Assembly: GCA_964291265.2 (NCBI GenBank)
Contig: OZ219747.1
Coordinates: 1,536,001-1,600,000, forward strand
Origin: Alphaproteobacteria bacterium
GTDB lineage: Bacteria > Pseudomonadota > Alphaproteobacteria > SP197
DNA length: 64,000 bases
Direction: 5' to 3'
Shown here: in pieces, positions 60,640-64,000 of the stretch
Layout: each line of letters starts with the position of its first letter
Position numbering within the stretch: position 1 is the stretch's first letter
The notes under the pieces: generated by a model
What the model was told of the DNA's origin: nothing
What the model saw: only the letters and a program-made list of their open reading frames with translations
Databases searched by the model: none
Made by a program: the position numbers and the translations under genes

Positions 60640-60925
60640 TGTACTTATGAAGGAACCCCACGATCCGCGCGAAGGTCGATTTCCTGCTCTGCCTGGGCGG
60701 TGAAATGGTGGCGGTCAAGGTCAAGTCCCAGCCTCGCTATCACACCGGCATGCTACTGTGGCTGCGCAATCCGTGGAGCTCCCGGGATTGGCGCGAAGTG
60801 TGCTGATCTACGGCGGCAGGCGGTCTTTCCGACCGGGGACGGGATCGATGTGTGGTCTACCGAAACGGCTGCAACAGGCCCTCGCCGAGAACGCTCTGTG
60901 GTCCTAGGCTCAGACCGGTGACCTG
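60640..60925 (+). pseudogene. Remnant C-terminus of a DUF4143-type ATPase/nuclease
   Basis: VDFLLCLGGEMVAVKVKS resembles EVDF...AIEVKS; later GIDVW in another frame. Confidence 0.45.
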
Positions 60926-60936
60926 ACAGGTGGGCT

Positions 60937-61659
60937 GTGAGGAAGGAAGTTCAACAACTTCGCCGCAAGGCGGTCAATTCGCTGGTGCTCTCGATCGAGC
61001 ACTTCAATTGCCCGTGGGACCGCGGGAGAAGCGAAGCCGTACTCATCTTGCTCGATCACGGCTTCGAGATGCTGCTGAAGGCGGCAATCCGACACCGCCA
61101 GGGGAAGATTCGCAAGCCGGGAGAGAAGCAGACAATCGGATTTGGTGCGTGTGTCCGAAAGGCGCTCACCGAAGCCAGCGTGAAGTTCCTGAGCGACGAG
61201 CAGGCGCTGATGCTGCGGTCGATCAACGGGCAACGCGATGCGGCGCAGCACTATCTGATCGACATGTCGGAGCACCAGCTCTACTTCTACGCGCAGGCGG
61301 GAGTAACGCTGTTCCGAGATATCCACGACGACGTGTTTGACGATGAACTCGTTGTGGAACTCCCCGAGAGAGTTCTGCCGGTGTCGACGACCGCACCCCG
61401 CGACCTGACGGCCCTGTTCGACAACGATGTGGAGGAAATCAAGGGGCTGTTGGTGCCGGGCACCCGAAGGAAGTTGGACGCGCTCGCGAAAGCGCGATGC
61501 CTGGCGGTGCTCGAAGGCGCCGTGAACGGCATCTATGAGCAGCCGAGCGACAGAGAACTCGGGAAAATCTGCACCCGCTTGGCTCGCGGCGAACACTGGA
61601 CCGCTGTCTTCCCGGGTGTTGCCTCCATCAACATCACGGCCGAAGCTGACGGACCGTAA
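60937..61659 (+). pseudogene. DUF3644 / HEPN-like protein, probably C-terminally truncated by a MITE end
   Basis: KAVNSLVLSIEHFN...FEMLLKA...RDAAQH (Rx4H). The stop TAA is supplied by the GTAA of the element at 61656. Confidence 0.7.
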
Positions 61660-61759
61660 GCGTTCGGCCGTGCGGTGACGGCTGATTTTGGTGGGTTTTG
61701 GGACTGGCTGACAACCGTCTGAGAAAGTGCTGGCAAGCATCCTCAACCGGTCGAATATC
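61656..61759 (+). mobile_element. IS66-derived MITE (left part) interrupted by the IS66-MTase element
   Basis: Starts GTAAGCGTTCGG; its last 23 bp GCATCCTCAACCGGTCGAATATC match 30172-30193, which lies ~30 bp inside the IS66 end at 30224. Confidence 0.65.
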
Positions 61760-61840
61760 GTAACTGCCCAGGTCTGATTTTGCCGAGTCCTGACGGGAGG
61801 TGGATTGATGGCACCGGTCTGGTGGCGCCGAGGAGGGATG

Positions 61841-63383
61841 TCAGAAGCGCAGTTTCGGGATCAGCTGTATGGGATCGGGGTGGGCCAGTGTTTCGAGGAC
61901 ATTCCAGCCCTGCTTTCGGGCGGTGGAGATGACGGATCGCAGGTTGGCGAAGTCGCTCAGCACCCTGCATGGATCGGAAGCCGCCCGAGATTTTCTGGCG
62001 CACCTTGATCATCCGGAAGTCGCGCTCGGCCTGGTTGTTGGAGAACGGGACTTGCGGGTTGGTGAGGAAGCGCAGGCAGCCGTCCTTGTGTTTGCGGAGG
62101 CGGAGCGCGAGGTTGTGGCCGATGCGGCGTTTTCGTCGTCCGCGCTTTCCGGGCTGGAGTGGCGGCCTCTGTTCGTGGGAAGCGATGGCCTTCTCGAGGA
62201 TCCTGTCCCAGGCTTGCGAGATGCGGGCGAGGAGTGAAGCGGGGATGTCGCGGTCGTTCTTGCGGGCGAAGCGGGCGGCTCTGTTGGCACGGGTGAGGAG
62301 CCTGTGCATGGCGGTGGCCCAGTCTTCCTTCTCGATTTCGATCAGAGCCTGGAGTTCGCGCGAGCGATGGGCGTTGCAGGCACCGTGGCGCACGCCCTCG
62401 AGAGTGAAGTAAGTGGCCAAGCGTCATGGATGACGATGCCGTTGAGTGTCTCGTCGATGTGTTTGCGCCCGGTGGCGAGGCGCAGGATGGTGAGCAAGGG
62501 GGTGCACAGCACATGGAGCCAGTGGGTCTCGCCGTTGATGCGGATGCCGGTCTCGTCTGTGGTGTTTGACCGGGGCTTGGGTGCGGATGATCTCTGCGAC
62601 ATGATCGAGGAAGCTCTCGAAGCGCCGGGCGGTGCGCCTGCCCATGGCGGCGATGGTGGCGGTTGAGATCCTGACGGCGAAGAGGTCGCTCATGACCTCG
62701 GCGACGCGCTTCTCGGGAATGAACTGGGCGTGCAACAGGTAGGTCACCCAGGCGGTGATGCGCGGCCCGTACTGGACCGGGGCGCTCACGCCGTGCGGGA
62801 AGGCGGCTGTTGTCACGGCGCCGCAGGCGGCGCAGAGACAGCGATGGGCGCGATGTTCGGTGACCTCGAGGGGCTGCGGCTCGGGCATGTCGAAGACCTG
62901 CCGACAGACGGGTTCTGCGTGACGGTCATCATCCGACAGCGGCGCGCCGCAGCCCTTACAGGCAGACGGAGCATGATCGACGACGTGGTCCGGGTTCTCG
63001 GCCTGCTTCAGGGTGGTTCCCTCGTGGCCGCGCTGACCGCCACTGGGCCTGTCGGACTTGCCGCGCTGGCTCCGGGTGCGCTTCTGTCGGTTTCCGCTCT
63101 TCTTCTTCGGACCGTCGCTGGCCGGTGGCTTGGAGCTGGTGGAGCTGTCGAGCGCGGCGCTGCGCTCGAGTGCATCAATCCGTTCGCGCAAGCCGGTGTT
63201 CTCCCGCTCCAGCGCCTCGATCTCCCCGACCAGCGCCGCGCTCAGGCGCAACATCCCCTGGCCCCATTCCCGGAGGGCCTTGACGGCAGTCACGGCGAAG
63301 GGGTGTGGACTGAACAGGTCCTGAAGGCCCACGAAGGCCTCGTCCTGGGCGGCGATGTCCTCGCGCCAGCGCGAGACGGTCAC
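61841..63383 (-). pseudogene. IS66 transposase with about three frameshifts
   Basis: DSSTSSKPPASDG, GGQRGHEG, CKGC/CAAC, APVQYGP, DETG, CNAHRSREL and NNQAERDFRMIKVRQKISGGFRS spread over different frames. Confidence 0.88.
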
Positions 63384-64000
63384 GAACCCTCCCCGGCCTC
63401 GACGGCCATGATCGCCGCCAGCACTGCCAGACGTTCCCCCGGCGGCATGGCCTCGTAGCGCCGCCCCCAGTTGGCCGCCTTGCGCTTGATGCGCTGGCGG
63501 GCGGTGAAGTTCCGCCCCGCGTAGCGCGACCAGTGCACCCGGTCGGGAGCAAAGTTGAACCATACCACCTCGGTCCGCACCTGGGCCTAGGTCGTCACCT
63601 GCAGCGCCACCCGGCGCCAGCCCGCCAGAAGATCGTCATAGAGCGCTTCACGGGTGGCCCGAGACCATCACCTGGCAGGGCAGGCCCTTGAGCAGTTCAA
63701 GGAGCGCAACATGGTCCACCTCCTCGTACTCGAAGCGGTAGCGCCGCGACGAACGCCGCGTCGCGTGCAGATAGGGCGGATCGCTGTAGACCAGCTCCGG
63801 ACCCAGAAACGGGAACGAAGCCAGGAAGGAGTGAGCACAGCCGTGCACCAACTCCACCGGATAGTCGCACTCAAAGGCCCCAAGCGCACGCTCATCACGG
63901 TCAATCCCGATCGAGCGCACAGACGCAGGCTTGCGCTTCATCAGCGCGCCGCCCCCCAGATGGCTCTCGATATAGACAGAGTGCGGCGGCATCAGCGCAA
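63380..64000 (-). pseudogene. Dam-like adenine methyltransferase (frameshift near 63650, TAG near 63588; 5' end outside window)
   Basis: MPPHSVYIESHLGGGALMKRKP...LVYSDPPY...VMVSG; C-terminal EVVWFNFAP...RQRIKRKAANWGRRYEAMPPGERLAVLAAIMAVEA. Confidence 0.88.

Larger units (their letters stand above)
61760..64000 (-). mobile_element. Second IS66 type carrying a Dam-like methyltransferase (degenerate; runs off window)
   Basis: End GTAACTGCCCAGG at 61760; transposase and MTase in the same order as in 12216-14671. Confidence 0.9.

Noticed and set aside
1-64000. tRNA, rRNA, CRISPR arrays, integrase or prophage genes
   Set aside because: None recognised by eye; a covariance-model scan was not possible.

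Overview
GC-rich bacterial window, probably alphaproteobacterial (inferred from the fxsA/Tim44/mltA and SH3/2-hydroxyacid dehydrogenase gene blocks). Intact metabolic and housekeeping genes (lutABC, mltA, several Fe/2OG dioxygenases, a fused oxoprolinase, an acyl-CoA ligase, a sugar ABC transporter, an RTX protein) alternate with decaying accessory patches. Highlights: (1) a five-gene defence operon with two predicted membrane anchors at 6.2-16.8 kb (Vsr/DUF559 nuclease, TM coiled-coil, TM coiled-coil McrB-type NTPase with an NxD motif, DUF2357 McrC-like protein, Hsp70-fold protein) resembling type III CoCoNuT, with the last gene split by an IS; (2) two different IS66 elements, each carrying a Dam-like adenine methyltransferase coupled to its transposase, plus an IS4 transposase fused to a DUF4338 domain and a decayed IS66+DUF4338, which suggests transposons that carry their own DNA-modifying enzymes; (3) a structured 332-bp insertion without clear terminal repeats in a palindromic target inside a PLD-helicase-DUF3427 gene; (4) a group II intron 5' remnant nested in an IS66; (5) a family of short IS66-derived MITEs; (6) most defence and toxin-antitoxin loci are disrupted while metabolic genes are intact. 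Family assignments come from motif recognition by eye; no database searches were run.
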